Positions 19,501-29,626 of a DNA stretch of 64,000 nucleotides are shown in pieces. Both the position numbers and the translations under genes were made by a program. Source of the stretch: Gammaproteobacteria bacterium (GTDB lineage Bacteria > Pseudomonadota > Gammaproteobacteria > Eutrophobiales > Eutrophobiaceae); assembly GCA_965215365.1 (NCBI GenBank), contig CBDCDS010000003.1, positions 1,376,001-1,440,000 on the forward strand, in the 5' to 3' direction. Numbering within the stretch: position 1 is the first letter of the stretch; each line of letters starts with the position of its first letter. The notes under the pieces were generated by a model. That model saw only the letters and a list, made by a program, of their open reading frames with translations, did no database searches and had not been told where the DNA came from.

Positions 19501-20076
19501 GTGAAGGCATTCCATAAATCGACTCTTGGATTTACCCTCATTGAGGTGCTGGTTGTCATTGTCATCGTCAGTGTGCTGGCCGGACTCACGGTTCTGAGCA
19601 TTGCGCCGGGCAGCCCGCAGCGAACCCTCAAGCGCGAGGCGCAGCGCTTGGAGTTAACGGTGCTGGCCGCGGCCGAAAAAGCACTGCTCGATGGCCTTGA
19701 ATATGGCCTGCGATTCACCGGTAAAGAGTATCAGATAGTGAAATTTGACGCTCGGGCAGAGCAATGGATACCGCAACAGGCCCCGGAATTTCAGCCGCAC
19801 CGACTGCCTGATGCAGTGCAGCTGGTCCTGGAAATTGAAGAGCAGCTGTTCACTCCGGAAACAGACACAGGCGCCGACACTGAGGCGCGTCGGCAGCAGG
19901 GGGGGCGAGAGGCGGATGCCGAGCCACATATTCTGTTGCTGTCCAGTGGTGAGGTGACCGCGTTCGACATCTATTTCAGTCTGGACAGTGGCGGTGAGAC
20001 CTACCATCTTGCCAGTGATGGCATACAAGTGGCCCGGTTGGAAAAACTGTATGACTTTGTGCCAGATGCGGGCTAA
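19501..20076 (+). CDS. gspH: Minor pseudopilin H
   Basis: GFTLIE prepilin motif; 'PHILLLSSGEVTAF'; position in operon; GTG 19501 is a more plausible start than 19453. Confidence 0.9.
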   Translation: MKAFHKSTLGFTLIEVLVVIVIVSVLAGLTVLSIAPGSPQRTLKREAQRLELTVLAAAEKALLDGLEYGLRFTGKEYQIVKFDARAEQWIPQQAPEFQPHRLPDAVQLVLEIEEQLFTPETDTGADTEARRQQGGREADAEPHILLLSSGEVTAFDIYFSLDSGGETYHLASDGIQVARLEKLYDFVPDAG

Positions 20077-20452
20077 CCCAAGGTTCAGCCTGAGCGGGGA
20101 TTCCGGCTTTACCCTGCTTGAAGTCCTGGTGGCGTTAGCTGTGTTCATAATCAGTGTTGTGGCACTGAACAGGCTGGTATCGCAAAGTGTCAGACAGACC
20201 GATTATCTGGAGCAGAAGGTGGTGGCATCGTGGATTGCGCAAGATAAGCTGACCCTGCTCAGGGTTGATGGCGTCTGGCCGGCATTGGGTCAATCCGTTG
20301 ATAACGCATGGCAACTGAACCGGGAATGGTGGGTTGAAACCCGTGTATCCGACACCAGCGAGCCACTGCTGAGACGGGTTGACGTGCGGGTCGGGTCGGT
20401 GGGTGAAGAGGCAACATTATTTGCCTTGCACGGTTTCATCGGCAAGCACTGA
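20066..20452 (+). CDS. gspI: Minor pseudopilin I
   Basis: GFTLLEVLVALAVF; 'LEQKVVASWIAQD'; overlaps the end of gspH. Confidence 0.92.
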   Translation: MRANPRFSLSGDSGFTLLEVLVALAVFIISVVALNRLVSQSVRQTDYLEQKVVASWIAQDKLTLLRVDGVWPALGQSVDNAWQLNREWWVETRVSDTSEPLLRRVDVRVGSVGEEATLFALHGFIGKH

Positions 20453-21120
20453 TGTATCTAGGTCGGAAAGTCCTGACACAAAGTGGCTTCACCTTGTTGG
20501 AAGTGCTTTTAGCTGTTAGTATTTTTGCGGTTATCGGCTTGTGCGCGCAGCGCGTATTACATGTTGTCGTCAGCGCAGAGACTGTCGCGTCTGCTCACAC
20601 GTCATCATTGTTCAGGTTACAACGGGCCATGTTGTTGCTTGGTGCGGATCTGCAGCAGATTGTTGACCGGCCGGTCACGGCCGCCGTTGACGACGCGCCC
20701 GGGGCACTGGTCACAGACCATGACCGCTACCTGCTGATGTTTACCCGGCAGGGTTGGCGCAATCCATTGTGGCTGCCACGCAGCAATCTGCGGCGGGTTG
20801 CCTACAGCCTGGACCAGGCTGACATCGATGCAGCAGGGAGCGATACCATCAGCCTAGTGCGCCATTACTGGTCACTGACAGACCCGGTGGCAGGCTATGC
20901 ACCCAAAAGTCAGGAGTTACTAAATAATGTCATGGATGTTCGTTTCCGCTTTCTGGACCGCAAACATAACTGGCATTCCAGCTGGCCGTTGCAATTGCGG
21001 CAAGGTGAGGCCGCGCAAACAGGTGAGGCACCGGGCGGTTTGCCTGTTGCCGTTGAAATTACCATTGAAACAGAAGTCTCGGGCCTGATTCAGCGAGTCT
21101 TCCAGACCGGAGCTCGATGA
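20452..21120 (+). CDS. gspJ: Minor pseudopilin J
   Basis: GFTLLE; 'LQRAM..DLQQ', 'FTRQGWRNP..PRSNLRRVAY', 'LPVAVEI'. Confidence 0.93.
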   Translation: MYLGRKVLTQSGFTLLEVLLAVSIFAVIGLCAQRVLHVVVSAETVASAHTSSLFRLQRAMLLLGADLQQIVDRPVTAAVDDAPGALVTDHDRYLLMFTRQGWRNPLWLPRSNLRRVAYSLDQADIDAAGSDTISLVRHYWSLTDPVAGYAPKSQELLNNVMDVRFRFLDRKHNWHSSWPLQLRQGEAAQTGEAPGGLPVAVEITIETEVSGLIQRVFQTGAR

Positions 21121-22127
21121 AACCGGTAAGCTCAGGCGTAGCTCACGGACAACATGGCATTGCCCTGATAACGGTATTGCTGATCTTTGTCATGGCTACC
21201 GTGATAGCCGGCGATTCGGCACAGCGCGCGTTCCTGACAACCAGTCGTCTGGAACGACAACTGGTGGATGCGCAGGCCTGGGAATACGCGCTGGCGGGAG
21301 AGGCTTTCGCCCGGCAACTCCTGTACACGGATGTTGTCGAGGTGAAACCTGCTGCCGACGAGGTCGCCCAGGACGAGGACAACCAGGACAAGGGCTGGCT
21401 ACTGGTTGACCGGGTTGAGAAATTTGAACAGGGTGAATTGAATATCTCCATTTTAGACCTGCAATCCAGGTTTAATATCAATAATCTGGTGGGGGGCATG
21501 AACGAGGATAGGCAGCAGGCATTGCAACAATTTACTCGTCTGTTGGACAGTCTGACTATCAAACCGACCGCTACCCGGGCCTTGCTGGATTGGGTTGAGG
21601 AGGTCAGTACGTCCCTGGAGAGCGATGCCGGGGACTTGGCGGAGGAACATGGCCCTGGCTATGAGGCGAGGCATTGGCTGCTTGCGCATTTGTCTGAATT
21701 GTATGAGTTGGAAGGTGTGGATAAGGCAACGCTCACGGCCCTGGCGCCCTACATGACCGCCCTGCCGCCGCCAACAGCCATCAATGTTGATACGGCTTCC
21801 GAGCGGATTTTGCGAGCCATATCCGGTGCAACAGAAACCGATGCGCCTGAAAGTGACGCGCAGGAGCCGGCGGACACCCCCGTCGATGCCGAACCTCACC
21901 CGCCAACGGACGCCCCCGTCAATGCCGAATCTGGCGCTGGCTGCATGGCTGCAAAGAGCTGTTATTTTATGGTTTTTGTAAAATCTGTTTTCGCCGATCA
22001 AAGCCTTTCCCTGCGCACGGTCTTTTACCGTAGCCCCGAAACGAATCAGCTGCGTATGCTGTCCCGCGACCGCGGTGACGATTTTTTATTCCGGTGGGGC
22101 GACGACAGGGACGAAGCGCAATCATGA
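21117..22127 (+). CDS. gspK: Minor pseudopilin K
   Basis: 'GIALITVLL', 'AWEYALAGEAFA', 'DLQSRFNINNL', 'INVDTA'. Confidence 0.9.
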   Translation: MKPVSSGVAHGQHGIALITVLLIFVMATVIAGDSAQRAFLTTSRLERQLVDAQAWEYALAGEAFARQLLYTDVVEVKPAADEVAQDEDNQDKGWLLVDRVEKFEQGELNISILDLQSRFNINNLVGGMNEDRQQALQQFTRLLDSLTIKPTATRALLDWVEEVSTSLESDAGDLAEEHGPGYEARHWLLAHLSELYELEGVDKATLTALAPYMTALPPPTAINVDTASERILRAISGATETDAPESDAQEPADTPVDAEPHPPTDAPVNAESGAGCMAAKSCYFMVFVKSVFADQSLSLRTVFYRSPETNQLRMLSRDRGDDFLFRWGDDRDEAQS

Positions 22128-23419
22128 ACCGGCTGTTTATACGGCTTAATTCGTCGCCACCCGATGACGCTGAGCAACGAGTGGATTGGGCAGTGCTGAC
22201 CGCCGCCGGGGATAAACTCGACGCCGGCTTCGGCGCCACCCTGGGCCGTATGGATACAGTCGGGGTCGCGGCAGAGGATATGGAAACTGTGATCATTGCG
22301 CCGGGTGAGGATATCTTGTTCCGGAAGCTGGCAGTTCCCGCTGCACAAAAACGCTATCTCAAAGAGATAGTGCCGTATCTTATGGAAGACGCGATGGCCG
22401 ACACGTTGGAATCCATGCACATTGTCAATGGCAAGGAGCATGAGGGGAAATACCCCGTTATGGCGGTACGGCACTCCCGTATCCGAGACTGGATGGAGCG
22501 CTTGCGACAACATGACATTACGCCCGACTGCATGGTCGCGGATACTTATGTTATGTCGTTATTTCCAGATAAAGTGTGCGTTTTGTTCGATGAGAGATAT
22601 AGTATCATCAGCACTGATACGATTGCGTTAAAAACCGATACGAGTAATATTACGTTGCTGTTGAGGAGTTATTTAAGCGAGCAGGGAAATGACGCCGCGC
22701 CGGTCAGCAGTATTGCACTGCTGGCCACGGCGGCGGCCCGTGGCGATGCCAGGATCGACGCGGAGATAGCAGACGCGATAAAGTACCTGGACACAAGAGG
22801 CATTGCCAGTACCGTGGAGCAGATTGACAATAGCTTTGACTATCTCTGTCAGCGCTTAAATGCTGTGTTTGAGGCGGGGCAGGGCGGTCAGCTCGCCAAT
22901 CTGATAGGCGCGCCCTACCAGGGCCATGTCATCAGGCGCCAACGTTTCAACTGGCGTGCGCTGGCGCTGGTCCTGTTGCTCTGTATGGGGTTGAAAGTCA
23001 TGACGGATATCGCCACAGGACTGTATCTGGAGCGCCAGATTGCGCAGCTGGATGAAAAGGTCATCAGTCTGTACCGCGACCTGTTTCCACAGGATAGCAA
23101 AATCGTCAATGTAAAAGTTCAGATGGAAAATCACCTCAAACAGAGCGCCGCGTCGGCTTCGCAGGTGGAGTTCGTCACGTTGGTCGGTATTATCAGCAAG
23201 CAGCTCAGCATGATAGGGCAGCCGGCGCGGATACAGATTCAAAATCTGCGTTATGACAGTCAGCAAAATGCACTGTGGCTGGATATACAGGCCAAAGATA
23301 TTCAACTCCTCGATCAACTTGAGCGATATTTGACAGGTGAGGTCGAGGATGTGAAAATTTTATCGGTGAGCGATGAAGAACAATGGATAAACGGACGATT
23401 TCGTATCACCAGCAGGTAA
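22124..23419 (+). CDS. gspL: Type II secretion protein L
   Basis: Actin-like cytoplasmic domain ('VPYLMEDAMAD'), single TM, 'LYRDLFP..KIVNVKVQM'. Confidence 0.88.
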   Translation: MNRLFIRLNSSPPDDAEQRVDWAVLTAAGDKLDAGFGATLGRMDTVGVAAEDMETVIIAPGEDILFRKLAVPAAQKRYLKEIVPYLMEDAMADTLESMHIVNGKEHEGKYPVMAVRHSRIRDWMERLRQHDITPDCMVADTYVMSLFPDKVCVLFDERYSIISTDTIALKTDTSNITLLLRSYLSEQGNDAAPVSSIALLATAAARGDARIDAEIADAIKYLDTRGIASTVEQIDNSFDYLCQRLNAVFEAGQGGQLANLIGAPYQGHVIRRQRFNWRALALVLLLCMGLKVMTDIATGLYLERQIAQLDEKVISLYRDLFPQDSKIVNVKVQMENHLKQSAASASQVEFVTLVGIISKQLSMIGQPARIQIQNLRYDSQQNALWLDIQAKDIQLLDQLERYLTGEVEDVKILSVSDEEQWINGRFRITSR

Positions 23420-23427
23420 CACCCGAT

Positions 23428-23928
23428 ATGTTCAGGCAGCGCTACAGACAATTGTTTGAGACCTTCAAGCAACTGCCGTTGAGGATGCGACGGCTGCTTG
23501 CGGTGGCCGTGCTGTTACCGGCTGTGCTGGGTTTTATCTTTGGCCTGCTGCTTCCGGCACACCGCTTTGCCGATACAACGGCCTTGGAATTTCGTGAAAT
23601 TCATGACTTGTTCGCCTGGATGCAAGCCAACGCAAGCAAGGTCAGCGCCCTGCACCGGTCAGCCCCGGCTGAGGCAACGGCGACGGAAGATACCATCCTC
23701 TCAACCCTTGCAGACAGCGCCCAAAGCCAGGGTCTCAGCCTCAAGCGATTTGTGCCTCAGGAAAACGCTGAGCTGCGCGTCTGGCTGGAAGATGTGTCTT
23801 TTGACAAGTTCATCTTGTGGCTTGACAGCTTGAGCCGTGCTCACAATATCAGCGTCAGGCAGATCACTATCTCTAGGCAAGACCTGCCCGGACTGGTCAA
23901 TGCCGTTATCGTATTTGCGCTGAATTAA
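23428..23928 (+). CDS. gspM: Type II secretion protein M
   Basis: N-terminal TM; 'SAQSQGLSLKRF..LRVWLEDVSFDKFILWL'; last gene of the cluster. Confidence 0.88.
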   Translation: MFRQRYRQLFETFKQLPLRMRRLLAVAVLLPAVLGFIFGLLLPAHRFADTTALEFREIHDLFAWMQANASKVSALHRSAPAEATATEDTILSTLADSAQSQGLSLKRFVPQENAELRVWLEDVSFDKFILWLDSLSRAHNISVRQITISRQDLPGLVNAVIVFALN

Positions 23929-24081
23929 GGGCGCCTGTAAAAATAAAATTATGTTGCGTATATGGAATAACCCTGTACCATGGGCGCAGTGGCGCTTGGC
24001 AAAACAAGGAAATTCCCGTTCGTCATTCCGGGTGGCACGAATCTGCACTGATTTTATACGATACCATTAACATATAAAAGT

Positions 24082-25062
24082 ATGCGGTTGCCCTATCCTG
24101 ATGAGAGAGTTAAAGACACCGTTTTTGTTGGCATGGACGGTGGCGGGACCAATACCGGAGTCGTTGTCATCGACTGTGATGGTAAACAGGTCTATGAGAC
24201 AGTCGGTGGTCCCGCTAACATCGCCCTGTCAGGCGTGGATGCAACATTTGGCAGCATCAAGCGGATATTGGACGAAGTGCTCGGTGAGGTTAACCGGTTT
24301 GAACAATCTGTGGCAGGCATTGTGCTGGGGTTGGCCGGGATCAGCAAGGGTGAGAGTCAATTAAGTGGCGCCCTGCTGGATAAACTGAATGCCCTGAACA
24401 TCACCGGCAATATCCGTTTGGTCAACGACGCGCATATTGCCTGGTATGGAGTAGCCAGAGGTAAGCCGGCGATCGCGTTAATCTCCGGCACCGGTTCCTC
24501 GGCGTATGCCGTTGATGCTAAGGACAACATCATTGTTAAAGGTGGTCTGGGGTATATCTTATCGGATGAAGGCAGCGGCTACCATATCGGGTTAATGGGT
24601 ATCCGCAGCGCGATACGAGCGTCATTACGCATTGACACGGAGACGGCGCTGGCCTCGAAACTCATGGAGGTCTTTGCGCTGCGAAGTATTGATGAAGCGC
24701 CATACCTCATTAAAGACCATGCTCAGATCGCGGCATTTGCTCGCCATGTTTATGAGGCATCATTGTCTGGCGACAAAGTCGCTGGTCATATCATTAGCGA
24801 AGCGGCGGACGAGCTCGCGCGTCTGGTAGAGGCAACCTGGCGTGACGGAGACTTCGGCAACAGACAAGTCAAAGTGGGCGCGTTTGGCAGCTGTCTGGAC
24901 AAAATGGCCACATTAAGAAGCGCCTTGTCTGACCGGTTGCAACTTGTCAGTCACAATCTGGTATTGTCTGCTCCTGTTTATGCGCCGGCGCGAGCCGCAT
25001 CCGAGTTGGCAAGAAATACCTGTATGCAGACCGGAAGCCCGGCGGATATCGGCGACGCCTAG
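24082..25062 (+). CDS. BadF/BadG/BcrA/BcrD-family ATPase, probable N-acetylglucosamine kinase
   Basis: 'GMDGGGTNT', 'VNDAHIA', 'ISGTGS', 'GGLGYILSDEGSGY'. Confidence 0.85.
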   Translation: MRLPYPDERVKDTVFVGMDGGGTNTGVVVIDCDGKQVYETVGGPANIALSGVDATFGSIKRILDEVLGEVNRFEQSVAGIVLGLAGISKGESQLSGALLDKLNALNITGNIRLVNDAHIAWYGVARGKPAIALISGTGSSAYAVDAKDNIIVKGGLGYILSDEGSGYHIGLMGIRSAIRASLRIDTETALASKLMEVFALRSIDEAPYLIKDHAQIAAFARHVYEASLSGDKVAGHIISEAADELARLVEATWRDGDFGNRQVKVGAFGSCLDKMATLRSALSDRLQLVSHNLVLSAPVYAPARAASELARNTCMQTGSPADIGDA

Positions 25063-25109
25063 AACCACTACCCGCATGCCGGCGCCGGTGCGAATGTAAG
25101 GGTATTTCA

Positions 25110-25955
25110 TTGTTTGACAATAATAATATCAAGTCCTACGTTCCGGATAATGTGCCATTTGCTGAGGCGCTGTCGCGCACCACGCATTTGGCTGTTGCCG
25201 CGCATCCCGATGATATCGAGATCATCGGTTTCCACGGGATCATCGAGTGCTATCAGGTTAGTGACCGGTGGTTTACTGGCATTGTGGTCACCAATGGCTC
25301 TGGTTCTCCTCGTAATGAATCGTTCCGGGAGTGTTCTGACGCGGACATGGCAGCGATTCGTGTAGAAGAACAAATTCAGGCAGCTCAGTTGGGTGATTAT
25401 TCGGCGGTATTGCAGTTGGGTCTTTACAGCGATGCAGTTAAAGACCGGATTAACCCGCAGTTGGTAGAGTATCTGTCCCATCAACTGCAGTTGGCGCAGG
25501 CGCATACGGTATATCTGCACAACCCGGCCGATCGTCATGATACGCATGTGGGTGTCTGCATCCACGCGCTTGAGGCATTACGCTCCCTGCCCAAGGCGCT
25601 CCAGCCCACACATGTTTATGGTATTGAAGTATGGCGTGCTCTGGACTGGTTGCCCGAGCAGTACCGGGTACGGCTGGACCTCAGTGGTCACGCTGAGCTG
25701 TTCAACAGCCTGATTGGTGTATTCCAGTCCCAAATCAGCGCCGGTAAGCGTCTTGATCTGGCCTTGCCGGGGCGTCTGTCTGCCAACGCAACCTTCGATC
25801 GATTCCATGCAGTTGATCAGTTTTCAGCGCTGACTCTGGCGCTGGACTTATCTGAGCTGGTGCAAAATGAAAATATTGGATACAGTGAGTTCATGGAGTC
25901 AGTACTTTGCGATTTTACCACTGAGGTCGTCGGGAAACTCGACCGGTACCAGTGA
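25110..25955 (+). CDS. PIG-L/LmbE-family N-acetyl-sugar deacetylase
   Basis: 'AHPDDIE' and 'DRHDTH' metal-binding motifs; lies between the kinase and nagB. Confidence 0.85.
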   Translation: MFDNNNIKSYVPDNVPFAEALSRTTHLAVAAHPDDIEIIGFHGIIECYQVSDRWFTGIVVTNGSGSPRNESFRECSDADMAAIRVEEQIQAAQLGDYSAVLQLGLYSDAVKDRINPQLVEYLSHQLQLAQAHTVYLHNPADRHDTHVGVCIHALEALRSLPKALQPTHVYGIEVWRALDWLPEQYRVRLDLSGHAELFNSLIGVFQSQISAGKRLDLALPGRLSANATFDRFHAVDQFSALTLALDLSELVQNENIGYSEFMESVLCDFTTEVVGKLDRYQ

Positions 25956-25962
25956 GTACGTG

Positions 25963-26754
25963 ATGGAAGTTGTCATCTTAAAAGACGCCAATGAGGTGGC
26001 CGAAGAAGGCGCACGGCGGGTCTGCTCGCTGATCGGGCAAAGTCAAAATGCGGTATTGGGGTTGGCCACCGGGAGTACGCCCATCGCCATGTATAAAAAA
26101 TTAATCGCCTCCTGCCGGAAAGGTGAGATCAGCTTCAGCAAGGTCACTACGTTTAATCTGGATGAATATCTGGGATTAGCGCCGGAGCACCCGCAAAGTT
26201 ATCGCAGCTTCATGCACCGTGAGCTGTTTGAGCATATTGATATTGACATCAGGAATACTCATTTACCGACCTGTCGGGAAGGAGAGAATCCCAAGACTGT
26301 GTGTCGCTTGTACGAAGAGAAAATCAAATCTGTCGGTGGCGTTGACATACAGGTCTTGGGTATTGGCAGCAACGGACATATCGGCTTTAACGAACCGATC
26401 TCGAGTTTGGCGTCCCGTACGCGAGTCAAAACGTTGTCGGAGCATACTGTTGCAGACAACAGTCGGCTGTTTGAACCGAACGAATATCAACCGGCTCTTG
26501 CGATTACCATGGGTGTTGCAACCATCATGGAAGCGCAGCGGATTTTACTGTTGGCAACCGGGCAGAATAAAGCGCAGGCAGTCAGGGGCATGATCGAAGG
26601 TTCGGTGACTTCCCGGTGTCCGGCGTCGGTGCTGCAATTACACGAGCGGGCAACGATTCTGCTTGATGAAGCCGCCAGTTCTGAATTGGAGTTGCAGGAC
26701 TACTACAAGTGGAGCCATAAACAGAATACGGGGTTGCTTTCAAAGCTGCCGTGA
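25963..26754 (+). CDS. nagB: Glucosamine-6-phosphate deaminase
   Basis: 'LGLATGSTP', 'TFNLDEY', 'LGIGSNGHIGFNEP', 'PASVLQLH'. Confidence 0.95.
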   Translation: MEVVILKDANEVAEEGARRVCSLIGQSQNAVLGLATGSTPIAMYKKLIASCRKGEISFSKVTTFNLDEYLGLAPEHPQSYRSFMHRELFEHIDIDIRNTHLPTCREGENPKTVCRLYEEKIKSVGGVDIQVLGIGSNGHIGFNEPISSLASRTRVKTLSEHTVADNSRLFEPNEYQPALAITMGVATIMEAQRILLLATGQNKAQAVRGMIEGSVTSRCPASVLQLHERATILLDEAASSELELQDYYKWSHKQNTGLLSKLP

Positions 26755-26807
26755 ACCCCGACAGATTTCGGCTCAGGTAGCGCGAACAGGGGATACGGGT
26801 GCAGGGG

Positions 26808-28139
26808 CTACCATAGATCACTCCACTTTCTTAAGTTGTGTCCTTTTACCGCGTAAAAGAGAATTAACAGATAGCAGGGCAGCATGATCCAATAAGCACG
26901 TTGCAAGTCCTGTAAATATTCTGCCATGGCGCCGTAAATCAGCGGAAGCACGGCCCCACCCCCAATGCCCATAATCAATAACGCCGAACCCGTGTGGATC
27001 TGTTTTTTGTTTAAGCCAGACAATGCAAGTGGCCATATAACCGGCCACACCATGGCGTTGGACAGCCCAAACAGGGCCACATACAAAACGACATCGGGAA
27101 TAGGGGGAATGGGGGAGGCCTCAGCAGAGCCGAATAATGCGTTCCATATTATGCTCGACTCGGCGCTGGCATTGACTAACAGCAACGACAAACCTATACC
27201 CAGCATTGCGGAAATCATCAATGCTGTTTTTTGGCTTAACCAACGAGGAATCGCAAGTATGCCAAGAATATACCCTACTACCATGAAGCCCATGGTATAG
27301 GAGGTCAACTCGCTATAATTGCTTACCCCGGTTTCTTTCCCAAACAAACCGATGGTATCGCCGGCGATAACCTCTGCGCCCACATAAAAAAACAAGGTAA
27401 CAACGCCAAGAACCAGTTGCGGGTGATGCAGAATACCAGCCTTTCCGTCCCCTGCGTCTGCTGCTTCCTGCTCCTCGTTCGCCGGTTCCGGCAAGGGCGA
27501 GAGCCATACATAAACAGCCAGCGCCAATAACAACCCGGCCAACATTAAATACGGCTCGATGAGCCGGGCGGATAATGCTTGCAGTTCAATGAGCCGCTGC
27601 GCCGGCTCTAACAGGGCAAGGCGCGCCTCATCAAATTGTGATATATCGGAGAAGATCAGCGCAGTAAACGCCAACGGGGCGATCACGCCGGCGCCTTTAT
27701 TCAGAACCCCCATGATACTGATACGCACTGCGGCCGTCTCACGCGGGCCAATCATCACAATGTAGGGGTTAACGGCGGTTTGCAGAATAGTCAGCCCGGT
27801 TCCCAAGATAAATAATGCCGCCAGAAAAATACTGTACATCCGCAATAATGCCGCCGGAATGAACATCAGGCTCCCCACTGCCATGATGAACAAGCCCAGG
27901 ATCAGACCGTTTTTATAGCCGGTGCGAAACAGGATCGCCGACATGGGTAAAGCCGTCAGAGTATAAGTGATATAAAATGCCAGAGTGACCAGATAGGCCT
28001 GCACTTGATTGAGTTCACAGGCAATCTGCAGGAATGGAATCAACGAACCGTTCAGCCAGGTAATAAAACCAAACATAAAAAACAGCCCGCCGATGAGCAG
28101 CAGGGGTACTAATCCGGATATATGATCTGTTTTGTTCAT
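26808..28139 (-). CDS. MFS sugar transporter, glucose/galactose (GluP/NagP-like) family
   Basis: 'LFFMFGFITWLNGSLIP', 'LQTAVNPY', 'YVGAEVIAGD', 12-TM pattern. Confidence 0.88.
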   Translation of the reverse strand: MNKTDHISGLVPLLLIGGLFFMFGFITWLNGSLIPFLQIACELNQVQAYLVTLAFYITYTLTALPMSAILFRTGYKNGLILGLFIMAVGSLMFIPAALLRMYSIFLAALFILGTGLTILQTAVNPYIVMIGPRETAAVRISIMGVLNKGAGVIAPLAFTALIFSDISQFDEARLALLEPAQRLIELQALSARLIEPYLMLAGLLLALAVYVWLSPLPEPANEEQEAADAGDGKAGILHHPQLVLGVVTLFFYVGAEVIAGDTIGLFGKETGVSNYSELTSYTMGFMVVGYILGILAIPRWLSQKTALMISAMLGIGLSLLLVNASAESSIIWNALFGSAEASPIPPIPDVVLYVALFGLSNAMVWPVIWPLALSGLNKKQIHTGSALLIMGIGGGAVLPLIYGAMAEYLQDLQRAYWIMLPCYLLILFYAVKGHNLRKWSDLW

Positions 28140-29428
28140 TAGCGGCTAACCTGTTTCCAGCCGTTGGCGGCGTAGTAACATACCATGAGGAAACCCGTCA
28201 TGGGAACCAGCAGAGATAACTGGATATTGCCGCTCAGGTCGGCGATATAACCCATAACCGGTGGCAACACGGCGCCGCCGGCGATGGCCATGATCATGAG
28301 TGAGGACCCCAGTTTGGTAAGGTGGCCCAAATCCCTCACCCCCAGAGCAAACACCGTCGGCCACATGATGGACATGAACAGAGTGGTCAACCACAAGGCC
28401 CAGATCGCCAGCCAGCCGGAGGTCGTGATGGCAACGCCCAGTAAGCCGATGTTGACGACCGCATAGCTCAGCAGCAGGTGCTGCGGCGCCACTCTCTGCA
28501 TGATAAGACCACCGGAAAAACGCCCGATCATCAACGCCAGGAAGCCGTAGGCAAGTAATTTGCCGGCGGCCTTCTCCGTGGTTTCCGGACTTAAGTCTTT
28601 GGTGAAGTCGATAAAGAACGACCAGATACAGACCTGCGCCCCCACGTAGAAGAACTGAGTCACGGCAGCCAGTACCAGGTGCCGGTGCCGGAACAGGTCG
28701 CGGATGCGACCCTTGTGAGCTGCCGTTGCATCTCCCTCGGCTCCGGTAAGTGGCGGGAACCTAGAGCAGAAAATCAACACCATGATAACGGCTACGCAGG
28801 CGGCCAGCCACAGGTAGGGTTGCTGTACCGTCTTCGCCTCCGCCGCGCGCCAGGCGTCCAGTTCAGCCGCAGACAGCGCGGCAATCTCGGTGGGCGTATA
28901 TTCGATGCCGGAGAAGATGAAGATACTGCCCAGGAACGGCCCGACAAAGGCGCCGAGGCCGTAGAAGGACTGGGCGATATTCAGCCTGGCAGGCCCGGTG
29001 CGCGGGTCCCCCATGACTGATACGTAGGGATTCGCAGCCGTCTCCAGAAAAGCCAGACCGAAGGCGATGATGTACAGCGCCGCCAGGAACAAGCCGAAGG
29101 CGCGCGCCTCCGCCGCAGGGTAAAACATCAGCGCCCCACCGCAGTACAGCGTCAGGCCCACCAGGATGCCGTTCTTGTAACCGAACCGCTTCATGGCCAG
29201 ACCGGCGGGGATGGCGCCGAAAAAATAACCGAAATAGAACGCGGTCTGGATAAGACCTGCCTGGCCGCGGGACAGTTCCAGCGCCTTCTGGAACTGGCGG
29301 ATGAGAATGTCGTTCAACTGTGCGGCTAGCGCCCAGGAAAAAAACAATGTTGTCACCAGTAAAAACGGCAACAGATATTTCTTTTCCAGCAGGACTGGCT
29401 TTTTGCCGTCGGCCGTTATTTCACTCAT
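28139..29428 (-). CDS. fucP: L-fucose:H+ symporter-family MFS permease
   Basis: 'LNDILIRQF', 'FLETAANPY', 'RLNIAQSF', 'QFFYVGAQ', 'FMSIMWPT'. Confidence 0.85.
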   Translation of the reverse strand: MSEITADGKKPVLLEKKYLLPFLLVTTLFFSWALAAQLNDILIRQFQKALELSRGQAGLIQTAFYFGYFFGAIPAGLAMKRFGYKNGILVGLTLYCGGALMFYPAAEARAFGLFLAALYIIAFGLAFLETAANPYVSVMGDPRTGPARLNIAQSFYGLGAFVGPFLGSIFIFSGIEYTPTEIAALSAAELDAWRAAEAKTVQQPYLWLAACVAVIMVLIFCSRFPPLTGAEGDATAAHKGRIRDLFRHRHLVLAAVTQFFYVGAQVCIWSFFIDFTKDLSPETTEKAAGKLLAYGFLALMIGRFSGGLIMQRVAPQHLLLSYAVVNIGLLGVAITTSGWLAIWALWLTTLFMSIMWPTVFALGVRDLGHLTKLGSSLMIMAIAGGAVLPPVMGYIADLSGNIQLSLLVPMTGFLMVCYYAANGWKQVSR

Positions 29429-29626
29429 GGGAATTACCTGATACCATAACGTTCTTATCCCGATAACGAATTGATATAGTTCATTGTTACCGTTAAGCAG
29501 AACGCCCGGGCATCGCCATCCGGCTGCCGGGCGGGGGAAGTTGTAAAAATAATTTTCATATTCGGAAAATCAATAGTACAGTATGCACACCATGAGTGCA
29601 ACCGAGGAAAAACAAGCAGGAATTTC

